Shown one piece after another: positions 20,812 through 31,314 of a stretch of 64,000 nt of DNA (position 1 is the stretch's first letter; each line of letters begins with the position of its first letter). The translations under genes were made by a program, and so were the position numbers. The notes below the pieces were generated by a model. It was not told the DNA's origin, ran no database searches, and worked only from the letters and a program-made list of their open reading frames with translations. The DNA is from Myxococcales bacterium (GTDB lineage Bacteria; Myxococcota_A; Polyangia; Polyangiales; Polyangiaceae), in the NCBI GenBank assembly GCA_043747615.1, contig JAYTOU010000053.1, forward strand, positions 64,001-128,000, in the 5' to 3' direction.

Positions 20812-21132
20812 CTACATGCCGCGCGGGACTTTATCCAAGTCCACCTGATCGAGCGCGGCGCGGATGAGCGCGCTTCGATTGGCTTTGGTGATCCCCTTGG
20901 CTTTCAGCTCGGTTACGAGCTCATCCAGGTGCTCGAGGTCCTTGGTGTACATCGAGATGCAGATCACTTTGTAGTGAAGTGGCTTGTCGAGATTCCGCGA
21001 CGCCCCTCTCGACACCGTCGACTCCGGGATCGGCTCAACGGGTGTATAGAACGCGCCAGACAGCACCCCTTGCACTTCGTCCGCGTCGAGCACGCGCGCC
21101 TGTCCTCTTGCTGCTCCGTCGTCTCGCGCCAT
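20812..21132 (-). CDS. Small ribbon-helix-helix-like DNA-binding protein (putative ParA partner)
   Basis: GGAGG RBS; flexible N-terminus, then strand YKVICISM, helix TKDLEHLDELVTELK and helix NRSALIRAALD, a CopG/ParG-like pattern. Confidence 0.65.
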   Translation of the reverse strand: MARDDGAARGQARVLDADEVQGVLSGAFYTPVEPIPESTVSRGASRNLDKPLHYKVICISMYTKDLEHLDELVTELKAKGITKANRSALIRAALDQVDLDKVPRGM

Positions 21133-21178
21133 CTCGTCCTCCTAGAGTCTTTCTTTTGAAGCGTATCGAAAACGTTGG

Positions 21179-22360
21179 TTATGCCGAAGCGGCGACTTCG
21201 GTCGGTGCACTTGCGACCAAAGGTCCGTCGATGATGCGATCCACGACGCGCTGGTAGTCTTCAGCCGCGTTCGAGTCGGTCGCGTACTCGAAGATCGTCT
21301 TGCCTTGCGCGGGAGCCTCTTTGATCTTGATGGTCGCGCGGATCGGCTCGAGGCATCTGTCGCCGAAGTGATCGCGAAGCGTCTCCACGGCGTCGCGGCA
21401 GATGCGTGCGCGCGCGTCGTAGAAGGTCGGCAAGACTCCGAAGATTTGCACCGGGTGATGAAGGAGCGCGTTCACGTTCTTGACCGTTTTGATCACCTGG
21501 CGCACGCCGACGAGTGACAAGAAATCGCAGGCCACGGGGACGAGGATTCCGTCCGCGAAGACGAGAGCGTTCTGGTTCATGAGCGAGAGCGACGGAGAAC
21601 AGTCGAGGACGACGACGTCGTACGCGTCCGCGGTCGAAGCCAACCGGTCGCGAAGAATACGATCACGGTTCTGCCGCCCGGCGAGATAAAGCTCGGCCGC
21701 AGCAAGGGTCTCGTTCGAGACCAGGACATCGAGGTTCGGGCGCACGTTGATCGCCGCGTCCGACGCCTTCTGCCCCATGACGAGCACGTGGTAGAGCGAA
21801 GTGGGCGCGGTGACGTTGAGCGAGACACCTACGTTGCCTTGCGAATCGGTGTCGACCAACAGAACGCGGAGGCCGCGCGCGGCGAGGCCGGCGGCGACGC
21901 TGACGCTGGTAGTCGTTTTTCCGGTGCCGCCCTTGTGATTGAAGATCGCCAGACGGCGCGGGCCATGAAGCTTGGCGCGGCTGGTTGCTATGGGAACCAC
22001 CGGAGAGGTGACCGCTGCTCGGACAGCCACGGGCGACGCAATCGGGGGCGCGACGGGGGTCGTCAACGCCCCTAGTCTGGCTCCGCCGGCCTCAGCGACG
22101 AGCTGCGTTCGGCATGCATCGCTGCACGCGTAGGCGCGCTCGCCTTTCACGCGAACGACCTGAGACACGAGCTCCACGGTGAATCGCTTCATGCACGCCG
22201 TGCACGAGACGCCACCTTCGCTCTCCCCGCTCACGGCTTTTCCGTGGCAAGTCTGGGAGCAAAAGAAAGAGAAGCCTCCGTCGCGCTCTTCCATTTGGTA
22301 GCGAAACTGAACGTCGAATTGTCGCGTGCAGATGCTGCAGCTTTCGGTCATGCCCGCCAT
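21179..22360 (-). CDS. ParA/Soj-family ATPase with two N-terminal TRASH-like metal-binding domains
   Basis: NHKGGTGKTT deviant Walker A, LVDTDSQGN, LDCSPS; N-terminal CSIC-x22-CSQTC and CTAC-x22-CSDAC; GAGGAGG RBS. Confidence 0.9.
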   Translation of the reverse strand: MAGMTESCSICTRQFDVQFRYQMEERDGGFSFFCSQTCHGKAVSGESEGGVSCTACMKRFTVELVSQVVRVKGERAYACSDACRTQLVAEAGGARLGALTTPVAPPIASPVAVRAAVTSPVVPIATSRAKLHGPRRLAIFNHKGGTGKTTTSVSVAAGLAARGLRVLLVDTDSQGNVGVSLNVTAPTSLYHVLVMGQKASDAAINVRPNLDVLVSNETLAAAELYLAGRQNRDRILRDRLASTADAYDVVVLDCSPSLSLMNQNALVFADGILVPVACDFLSLVGVRQVIKTVKNVNALLHHPVQIFGVLPTFYDARARICRDAVETLRDHFGDRCLEPIRATIKIKEAPAQGKTIFEYATDSNAAEDYQRVVDRIIDGPLVASAPTEVAASA

Positions 22361-22438
22361 CGTTCGCCTCCTCGCATGCGACGGATGTCATGCCGAGACC
22401 GAACGGGCCAAATAAGTTGCTAGTCGGCCTCCGCCGAA

Positions 22439-24001
<1,563 letters not shown>

Positions 24002-24024
24002 GCCGCTCGAGTTAACCCGAGGAG

Positions 24025-24705
24025 CTATTCGGCGTCCAGCTCTGCGCTGGCAAAGGTGTCGACGTCGAACTCGGGCTCGATTTCCGTCTCTTCCTCTTCT
24101 TCTTCGTCGGGAGTGTTCGCGGCGAGGACCGGGAGTCGGCGTTTGCCAACGGGCCCCTCGTCGACGTAATCGCGGAGAGCTTCCATGTCACCGAGCGCCT
24201 GGAGCTTCGCGAGCCCCTTCACTTCGACCTGACGGATGCGCTCGCGGGTGAGGTTCATGATCGCCCCCACCTCTTCGAGCGTCGTCCCGCCACGGTCTGC
24301 GACGTCGAGCGCGCAGGTCTCGTTCATGTCCCACACTTCGAGATCGGGGAAGTTCAGCTTGATCGCGCCGGTTCGGGCCGACACGTCCAAGTAGAGGTGG
24401 TGCTTGCAGGAGACGAAGGGGCACGGCCGAACGCCGTTTGCGCACTCGACGCGCTCCTTCGGCTTTTCGATGTCGACCTCCGGGTAGAGGAGACGGCCCA
24501 TCTCGAGCTCGCGCTTCGTCATGCGCTTGACGCTGATCGTGCGGGCGCGGACGTCGCGCTTGCGGCGCGATCGACGCTGCTCACGAGTCACGTTCTCGTC
24601 GCTCGTCTCCGGAGCAAGTGCAAGCGCTCCGTCGGTCATCAGCTGACCGTCCGAGGAAGCCGCGTCCATCACTTGCTCAATCTTCGCAACGTTCTTGGGG
24701 TCCAT
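24025..24705 (-). CDS. Stand-alone sigma-70 region 4 HTH protein with a Cys/His cluster
   Basis: [20 protein letters not shown] (sigma 4.2) preceded by [17 protein letters not shown]...TCALD; no region 2; GGGAGG before ATG 24705. Confidence 0.8.
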   Translation of the reverse strand: MDPKNVAKIEQVMDAASSDGQLMTDGALALAPETSDENVTREQRRSRRKRDVRARTISVKRMTKRELEMGRLLYPEVDIEKPKERVECANGVRPCPFVSCKHHLYLDVSARTGAIKLNFPDLEVWDMNETCALDVADRGGTTLEEVGAIMNLTRERIRQVEVKGLAKLQALGDMEALRDYVDEGPVGKRRLPVLAANTPDEEEEEETEIEPEFDVDTFASAELDAE

Positions 24706-24889
24706 CGTCGAGCTCCTCCCGGTTTTGTCCGCAGCAACATGCAGCCCTTCGCTCTCGCGCCGGGCACACGTGTCTTGTCGCGTCTCGCTGCGGGTCGCCT
24801 CTACCCACACCGAAACACATGCACTCTTTTCGTTTCAAAAGAACGCAGGCTTCAAAGAAAGCCACGCGCGCTCTTCCCCGCCCCTACCG

Positions 24890-25408
24890 CTAAATCGCCT
24901 CCCGCTGCAGGCGAGCCTGCATCGTGAGCCGCGATTCGACACTCGTGACCTTCGCTACCAAGTCGGCGGCGAGTGCCCTTGCATCCGAAAGCTCCTTGAG
25001 AACGACGCGCGCCACGCCCTCGCCATCTCTCGTTGCTTTTGCTGCACTCGAGAGCGCCGAGAAAATCTTCTCTAGCGTCCGCTCGAGCTCCTCGACATCT
25101 CCCCTGACAAAGAGGAATTGACGTTGAATCTGTTCGATCGTGTAGCTCTCCATCATCGACTTAAGCCGCTGAATACGCCGAATAACTGCCGCCGGGTACA
25201 TGCCCTGCGAGCCGCGATGCTTGCCCTTCATCCCGACTCGACGGCTTCGCGGAAGAAGGCCGAGCTGAATGTACTTTCGGAGCGAGGCTTCCGTAAACTT
25301 GACCCCTCTTCGCGTAAAAAAACTTACGATCTCATCCGACGTCACCCCCTGCGGGTGGTCGCGCTCGATGCGCGTAAGCTCGTCGTCAGAGAATGCGTCC
25401 GTCGTCAC
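24890..25408 (-). CDS. MerR-like HTH DNA-binding protein
   Basis: EASLRKYIQLGLLP...G...Y...IQRLKSM...TIEQI resembles the MerR winged HTH, followed by a coiled coil. Confidence 0.75.
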   Translation of the reverse strand: MTTDAFSDDELTRIERDHPQGVTSDEIVSFFTRRGVKFTEASLRKYIQLGLLPRSRRVGMKGKHRGSQGMYPAAVIRRIQRLKSMMESYTIEQIQRQFLFVRGDVEELERTLEKIFSALSSAAKATRDGEGVARVVLKELSDARALAADLVAKVTSVESRLTMQARLQREAI

Positions 25409-25526
25409 CGATTCGACCCCAAAGCTCTTGCTGCCGACGACTTCGCCGCCTGACGGGCGGGCAAAAGAAGCCCAACCTCATCTGACGTTCGTGAATGTAT
25501 TCTTCTGAATAGATTGGGGTCAACGC

Positions 25527-25553
25527 TTTCGCGTGCTTTATTTCGCGTGCTTT
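25527..25553. repeat. 13-bp direct repeat TTTCGCGTGCTTT x2 in an AT-rich intergenic region
   Basis: Copies at 25527-25539 and 25541-25553, upstream of the MerR-like gene. Confidence 0.7.
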
Positions 25554-25603
25554 CCATCATGGAACGAAAACGCGAGGTTAGATCCGTGCCGTGACAAACA
25601 ATG

Positions 25604-26641
25604 TCATAGCTGACGATCCGATTTCGCCCTTTCGGCGCGTGTCACCGAGGCCATGGAACTCATGAAATTTCGGGGGCTTGGATGAGGGTCCATGTGCGAC
25701 AGCGCGGAGCTCAAGGGCGCCCCCGGCTGGACGTAGGATGCGAGGCGCAGGGGACCTAGCTCACCCGCGCCAAAAGGGGCAAGCGCGCGCAGGGCGTCGT
25801 CGGGCGAAGCGAATCTCTTTCGCGCGTCGTGAGCCAAGAGCCGGTGAACAACTCCTTGCAACTCACCGTGAAGCTTGGGCCGAACAGCGGCAAGAGGCGT
25901 CATCTCCCCCCGCTCGATCCGAACGAGCTCGCTCATACCCGGCCGGTCGCCCCACGGTCGCGCGCGACTGAGAAGCTCGTACAGAACGACGCCGGTCGCG
26001 AATAGATCGGTCGTTACGTCGAGGTCGTCGCCCCGCACTTGCTCGGGAGACATGTAGCCGAATTTACCTTTGATCAGCGCAGGGCGGGTCCAGCGCGCGC
26101 GGTCACGTGCAAGGGCAATTCCGAAGTCCATGAGCTTCACCTCGCCGTGCGTCGAAACGAGAATGTTGTGCGGCGTCACGTCGCGATGCACGAGGCCCGG
26201 CAGCGCGCGTTGCACGGCGCCAAGGGCGCGAACCACTGCGCACGCCACGTGTACCGACAGGCGATCGGGCAAGTACCCGGCCGTATCCTGCGTCGTGCTC
26301 TGGCTTCGGGAGAGCGCGCGGAGATCGCAACCCTCGATGAGCTCGAGGACGAGGTAAGGCCCATCGTGATCGTCGCCGACGGCAAGAAGGGACACCACGT
26401 TGGCATGCCGGACGCTCGCAAGGAGCCTTCCTTCCTCCCGGAGCGCGCGCACTTCGTCCGGCTCGAGGTGGCCACAAAGCCGCTTGATGCACACCTCACG
26501 CGAACACGGCGGGGCGTGGTCGATGGCCCGGAAAACGGCACCCGAGCCGCCGCATCCAATGCGCTCCATCAGCTCGTAGCGCCCATCGGCGATCCAGCGG
26601 CGCGGGTCCCTTAAAGAGTGCACGGAGACACTTCGGCCCAC
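25604..26641 (-). CDS. Cytoplasmic Hanks-type Ser/Thr kinase
   Basis: GCGGSGAV, IK, HRDVTPHN, DFG, GKFGYMSPE; no TM segment. Confidence 0.9.
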   Translation of the reverse strand: MGRSVSVHSLRDPRRWIADGRYELMERIGCGGSGAVFRAIDHAPPCSREVCIKRLCGHLEPDEVRALREEGRLLASVRHANVVSLLAVGDDHDGPYLVLELIEGCDLRALSRSQSTTQDTAGYLPDRLSVHVACAVVRALGAVQRALPGLVHRDVTPHNILVSTHGEVKLMDFGIALARDRARWTRPALIKGKFGYMSPEQVRGDDLDVTTDLFATGVVLYELLSRARPWGDRPGMSELVRIERGEMTPLAAVRPKLHGELQGVVHRLLAHDARKRFASPDDALRALAPFGAGELGPLRLASYVQPGAPLSSALSHMDPHPSPRNFMSSMASVTRAERAKSDRQL

Positions 26642-26685
26642 GACGCCCGAATGTTGCGTTATCGTTCTCGCTCGAACTTTCGGCC

Positions 26686-27567
26686 ATGCCCGCCACCCGT
26701 GACAGCGCTTTCGGTGTGCCCGTTCTCCGGGACGTATCGGCCCGTGGGGCGCGGGTGCGATTCGTCGAAGCCGGCGAGGGCGAGCCTCTCCTTCTCATTC
26801 ACGACTATCTCTCGAGCCGACTGTCATGGGACGACGTCATCCCCCGGCTGGCCCAGCGTTATCGCGTGATCGCCCCTGATTTGCCGGGCTTCGGGGACAG
26901 CGAGAAGCCGGCGCCCGCGCGCTACGCGTACGGGTTCGACGCGTTCGGCGAGTCGCTCGTCGATCTGGTCGCTTCGCTCGACCTCGGGCAAATCGCCGTC
27001 TGCGGGCATGGAGTCGGCGGTGCGGTGGCCCTAAAGCTCGCCGCCAATCACGCAGCGCTCGTGAGCAAGTTGGTCCTCGTCGATCCTCTCGTTTACCCGC
27101 AGCGAATCGATCTGCGCGCGAAGATCGCGTGTTTTCCAGTGCTCGGACCGATCGCCTTCAAGCAGCTGTGGGGACGAAGCTTTTTCCGAAATCACTTTCG
27201 TGATCGGGTGTACGGCGGGAGCGCGCAGATCCCTTGGGCACGCGTCGATCACCTCTTCGACCTGTTCAACGCTCCGGCGGCGCGGGAAGCAGCGTACGCA
27301 ACGATGCTCTCCACGCTCGACACGCGCCCGCTCGTCGCGCTCTTGCCGCGGGTGATCGCGCCCACGCTCGTTGCCTGGGGGCGCGCCGATCGATCTCTCC
27401 CGGTCGCCCACGGCAGAAGGCTCGCGCGCGAGCTCCAGAACGCGCGCTTCGACGTATTCGAGTGCGGTCACTCACCGCCCGAGGAGTGCCCCGATGCGTT
27501 CGTCGACGTGCTCCTGTCGTTTCTGGCGAAGGCTGGCGACACCCCGTCCGGCAACCGCGCCGCGTGA
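26686..27567 (+). CDS. Alpha/beta-hydrolase-fold protein lacking the catalytic nucleophile
   Basis: PDLPGFGDS, WGRAD and GHSPPEE present; the nucleophile elbow reads GHGVGG. Confidence 0.85.
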   Translation: MPATRDSAFGVPVLRDVSARGARVRFVEAGEGEPLLLIHDYLSSRLSWDDVIPRLAQRYRVIAPDLPGFGDSEKPAPARYAYGFDAFGESLVDLVASLDLGQIAVCGHGVGGAVALKLAANHAALVSKLVLVDPLVYPQRIDLRAKIACFPVLGPIAFKQLWGRSFFRNHFRDRVYGGSAQIPWARVDHLFDLFNAPAAREAAYATMLSTLDTRPLVALLPRVIAPTLVAWGRADRSLPVAHGRRLARELQNARFDVFECGHSPPEECPDAFVDVLLSFLAKAGDTPSGNRAA

Positions 27568-28601
27568 TGAACATCGCGCGGTCTCGAGCGCGCGGGCGCT
27601 TTTTCCAAAATCGTGGCGCCGTGGCCGGCTGCGTGATGATTACGATTCTCCTTCTTTTCGCGGCATTCGGGCCAATGATGACGTCTCACGACCCGTACGC
27701 GAGCGACTTCGTGCACGGCGTGATGGGGGCGAGCGGAGTTCCCGTCGGGCCGAACGCGGAGTTCCTGCTCGGGACCGATCGCATCTTTCGCGATGAGCTC
27801 TCACGGCTCGCTCTCGGCGCTCGCCTCTCGCTCATCATCGCCTTCGCTGCCACCGCGATCGCTACGGTCCTCGGAGCAGCGGTGGGAATCCTCGCTGGGT
27901 ACTACGAAGGGAGCCGAGGGCTCCGCGTCCCTTGGCCGATGATCTTCGCGACCGTCGGCGGGCTATTCGGTGTGACGATCGGGCACCTCACGCTCAGTTG
28001 GATTGCCATCGTCATCGGGCTAGTCGCCACGCTCGCGGGTATCGTCGGAAACCTTCCACGTCTGCGCGCTGGGCCGTCTCTCAACATCGATACGGCGCTG
28101 ATGCGGCTGGTCGATGTCGGCCTCTCCTTCCCGTTCTTGCTCCTGGTCATGGCCATTGGAGCGGCGGTCGATCGGACCACGGCGACCTCGATCTTGATTG
28201 TCCTCGGACTCACGGGTTGGCTGGGAACCGCCCGGATTTTGCGGGCGAAGACGCTGCAAGTGAGGCACCTCGAGTACGTCGTCGCGGCTCGCGCTCTCGG
28301 CCTTCGCACACCGGCGATTCTTGTCCGTCACATTCTCCCGAACGTCGCCGGACCGCTCATCGTGATCGCCACGGCGTCCGTCGCGCAGATGATCGTCGCC
28401 GAGAGCGTCCTCAGCTACCTGGGGGTCGGGATCTCGCCGCCCACCCCGACGTGGGGACACATGCTGTTCGAGGGGCAGGACTACTACGCGGCCGCCCCCT
28501 GGCTCGTCGCCGCACCGGCAGGAGCGATCCTCCTCGCGGTCTTCGGATTCAACCTCGTTGGCGAAGGCCTGCGCGACGCGCTCGACGCGAAGGACGCGTG
28601 A
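27567..28601 (+). CDS. Peptide/nickel ABC transporter permease (DppC/OppC-like)
   Basis: LLGTD...RD, EAA-like loop EYVVAARALG, HILPN, PTWG, GEGLRDALD. Confidence 0.92.
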   Translation: MNIARSRARGRFFQNRGAVAGCVMITILLLFAAFGPMMTSHDPYASDFVHGVMGASGVPVGPNAEFLLGTDRIFRDELSRLALGARLSLIIAFAATAIATVLGAAVGILAGYYEGSRGLRVPWPMIFATVGGLFGVTIGHLTLSWIAIVIGLVATLAGIVGNLPRLRAGPSLNIDTALMRLVDVGLSFPFLLLVMAIGAAVDRTTATSILIVLGLTGWLGTARILRAKTLQVRHLEYVVAARALGLRTPAILVRHILPNVAGPLIVIATASVAQMIVAESVLSYLGVGISPPTPTWGHMLFEGQDYYAAAPWLVAAPAGAILLAVFGFNLVGEGLRDALDAKDA

Positions 28602-30319
28602 TGTTCGTCACGCGGCACACCCCCTGGATCCTCCTTCTATTGAGTGGACTTTTTGGCTGCAGTGATCCGCTGGTGGCACCCATCCCCGCGTCGCGTCCGG
28701 AAGAGACGACGGGCCGCGGAGGCACGATGCACCTCGCCTCGTTCGCAGACATCCGCGCGCTCGATCCGGCGATCGCTTCCGAGGTGCTCGGTGCCGAAGT
28801 GATGCAAATGATCTTCGCGGGCCTCATCGACTTCGATGACGACGGCAAGGTAATTCCCGACCTTGCGACACATTTCGAAACATCCCCGGACGGGTTGGTC
28901 TACCGCTTCTTTCTGCACGAGAACGTCCTCTTTCACGACGGAAACGAGCTTACGGCAGAGGACGTGAAGCGGTCGATCGAGCGCGCTCTTCACCCTTCGA
29001 CGCCCAACCCGTTCGCGAGCTTCTACGAAAACATCGCGGGGATGCCTGAGTATACTGAAAAGAAAACGACGCACCTCTCGGGCGTGGTGGTGGAGGGGCG
29101 CTACGTCGTCTCCGTTCGTCTGCGTGAGCCCGACGCAACCTTTCTGCCGCTCTTCGCGCTCCAGTCGCTCCGGCCCGTGTGCAAGAGCGGCGGCGATCAC
29201 TACGCCGATACCTGGCTCCCCTGCGGCGCAGGCCCCTTCAAGCTCGCCGCAGGCGGATGGGATCACGGTCGCGCGGTGACCCTCGTTCGTCACGACGGCT
29301 ACTTTCGCCCTGGCATTCCCCGCCTCGACGGCGTCGTCTTCACCGTTGGGATGAACGTCGTCACCGAGCGATTCAAGTTCGAGGCGGGCGAGCTCGATAC
29401 GATTCGCGATCTTTCCGAGGCCGATACGCAGCGCTTCTTGCGCGATCCACGTTGGAAATCCCTCGGCGCTTATGAGCCTGATCGCAGCATCTACGGCGAG
29501 AACATGAACGTCGAGATGCCTCCGTTCGACAACGTCGAAATTCGCCGCGCCGTCGCGTGCGCCATCGATCGCGAGCACTACCGGCTGATTCGCGCGTCGA
29601 ACGTGCATCCCGCCGGCAAGCTCGTCCCTCCTGGTGTGCCGGGCTTCAACCCCGCTGTGGCCGGTCAGAAGTACGACTACGCCGCGGCGCTCGAGCACAT
29701 GAGAAAAGCGGGCTACCCGTACGACCCGGCGACGGGCAAAGGCGGATGGGAGCCACATATCGAGTACACGGCTTACAAGCAGGGCTTTGCCGAGTTCAGT
29801 GCCCAGGTGCTGCAACAGGATCTCGCGAAGATCGGTCTGCGGATCGACATCCGCATCGTGAGCTTTGCGAGCTACCTGTCGATCACGCATCGCCGAGGAA
29901 AATCGGCGTTCTCGCCGCAAGGCTGGAATCAGGACTACCCCGACGCGAGCGACTTCTACGAGACGCTCTTCAGCTCGAAGTCGATCAACGAAGACGACTC
30001 GAACAACTCCGCCTTCTACAAGAACGAGCGCTTCGACAGCCTCGTCGACCGCGCTCACCACGAGCTCGATCCTCCCGCGAGGCAGAAGCTCTACGACGAT
30101 GCCGACGCAATTCTCCGCAATGACGCGCCCTGGGCGTTCACACACAGCTTCGGCTGGTACGACATTCGGCAGGGTTACGTCCGCGGCTACCGCGCTTCCC
30201 CGACGTGGGTCCACAATCTGAACGAGACGTGGATCGATCGCGCAAAGACGGCCGTCGCTCGGCGTTCGGGAATTTTCGGTCAATTCGCACGTGGCAGTAT
30301 CTGGCGGGAGCGACCGTGA
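28601..30319 (+). CDS. ABC transporter substrate-binding lipoprotein (family 5)
   Basis: Lipobox LFGC, LDP...GL...PDLA...FHDG...TAEDV, GAGPF, PFDN..RRA. Confidence 0.92.
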   Translation: MFVTRHTPWILLLLSGLFGCSDPLVAPIPASRPEETTGRGGTMHLASFADIRALDPAIASEVLGAEVMQMIFAGLIDFDDDGKVIPDLATHFETSPDGLVYRFFLHENVLFHDGNELTAEDVKRSIERALHPSTPNPFASFYENIAGMPEYTEKKTTHLSGVVVEGRYVVSVRLREPDATFLPLFALQSLRPVCKSGGDHYADTWLPCGAGPFKLAAGGWDHGRAVTLVRHDGYFRPGIPRLDGVVFTVGMNVVTERFKFEAGELDTIRDLSEADTQRFLRDPRWKSLGAYEPDRSIYGENMNVEMPPFDNVEIRRAVACAIDREHYRLIRASNVHPAGKLVPPGVPGFNPAVAGQKYDYAAALEHMRKAGYPYDPATGKGGWEPHIEYTAYKQGFAEFSAQVLQQDLAKIGLRIDIRIVSFASYLSITHRRGKSAFSPQGWNQDYPDASDFYETLFSSKSINEDDSNNSAFYKNERFDSLVDRAHHELDPPARQKLYDDADAILRNDAPWAFTHSFGWYDIRQGYVRGYRASPTWVHNLNETWIDRAKTAVARRSGIFGQFARGSIWRERP

Positions 30320-31314
30320 CACGCATTCTCCGTCGCCTTGCGTGGTCGGTGTTCATCGTCTGGTCGGTGACCACCCTCACCTTCTTCATCAACAACGTGC
30401 TCCCGAGCGATCCGGCGCGGATGGCCGCTGGCCCTCAGGCGCGCCCAAAAGACGTAGAGCGCATTCGCGCGCAGCTCGGGCTCGACAAGCCGGTGGTCAC
30501 TCAATACGGAATCTTCATGTCGAGGCTCCTTCACGTGGCCCCGGCCGGCGCGGGCTCGATCGACCACGCGAGCTGTGTCGCTTTCGCCGGACTCCACGTC
30601 GATCTCGGGCGGAGCTATCAGCAGCGACGGCCGGTGGCCACGATCCTCGGCGAGCGCCTCCCGCGCACCTTGTTTTTGGCTCTCGCGGGCGTTCTCGTGC
30701 AGATCCTGATCGGCGTGACGAGCGGGGTCTTCGCAGCCTTGAAGCGGGGAACGGCCTGGGACCATGGCGCCGTCGGGCTCAGCCTCCTCGGCATAAGCGC
30801 GCCGACGTTCATCCTCGGGCTCGTGCTTCAGTTTTTCTTCGCGCGGAAGTTCCGAATCCTTCCGCTCGACGGCTTCGGGACCACGAACACCGAGCATCTC
30901 CTGTCGGTGATTTTGCCGGCGCTCACGCTGGGGATTTTCGGAGCCGCCTACTACACGCGCCTGGTTCGCGACGAAATGATCGGGCTCATGAGGGAAGACT
31001 ACGTCCGCACGGCGCGCGCCAAGGGCCTCTCCGAGGGCCGGGTGGTGATTGTGCATGCCCTACGAAATGCGCTCGTTCCACTGATCACGGTGATCGCCCT
31101 CGATCTCGGCGCGCTCGTCGGAGGGGCGATCGTCACCGAGACTTTGTTCCGCTGGCCAGGCGTCGGCGCGCTCAGCGTGACTGCGCTTCTCGATCGCGAT
31201 GGGCCGATCATTCTGGGGACGGTGATCGTCACCTCCACGGCGATCGTGCTCGCCAGCATCCTCGTCGACATTTGCTACGTCGCGCTCGACCCCCGCGTGC
31301 GACACCAAACCTAA
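30316..31314 (+). CDS. Peptide ABC transporter permease (DppB/OppB-like)
   Basis: DPA...[41 protein letters not shown] start overlaps the previous stop. Confidence 0.92.
   Translation: MTRILRRLAWSVFIVWSVTTLTFFINNVLPSDPARMAAGPQARPKDVERIRAQLGLDKPVVTQYGIFMSRLLHVAPAGAGSIDHASCVAFAGLHVDLGRSYQQRRPVATILGERLPRTLFLALAGVLVQILIGVTSGVFAALKRGTAWDHGAVGLSLLGISAPTFILGLVLQFFFARKFRILPLDGFGTTNTEHLLSVILPALTLGIFGAAYYTRLVRDEMIGLMREDYVRTARAKGLSEGRVVIVHALRNALVPLITVIALDLGALVGGAIVTETLFRWPGVGALSVTALLDRDGPIILGTVIVTSTAIVLASILVDICYVALDPRVRHQT

Noticed and set aside
21179..22360. Canonical chromosomal parAB/origin locus or integrated plasmid
   Set aside because: No ParB, no parS palindrome noticed, and no dnaA/gidAB, Rep, integrase or compositional shift.
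24825..24842. Inverted repeat TCTTTT-N6-AAAAGA
   Set aside because: Only 6 bp and AT-rich; too weak to call an operator or terminator.
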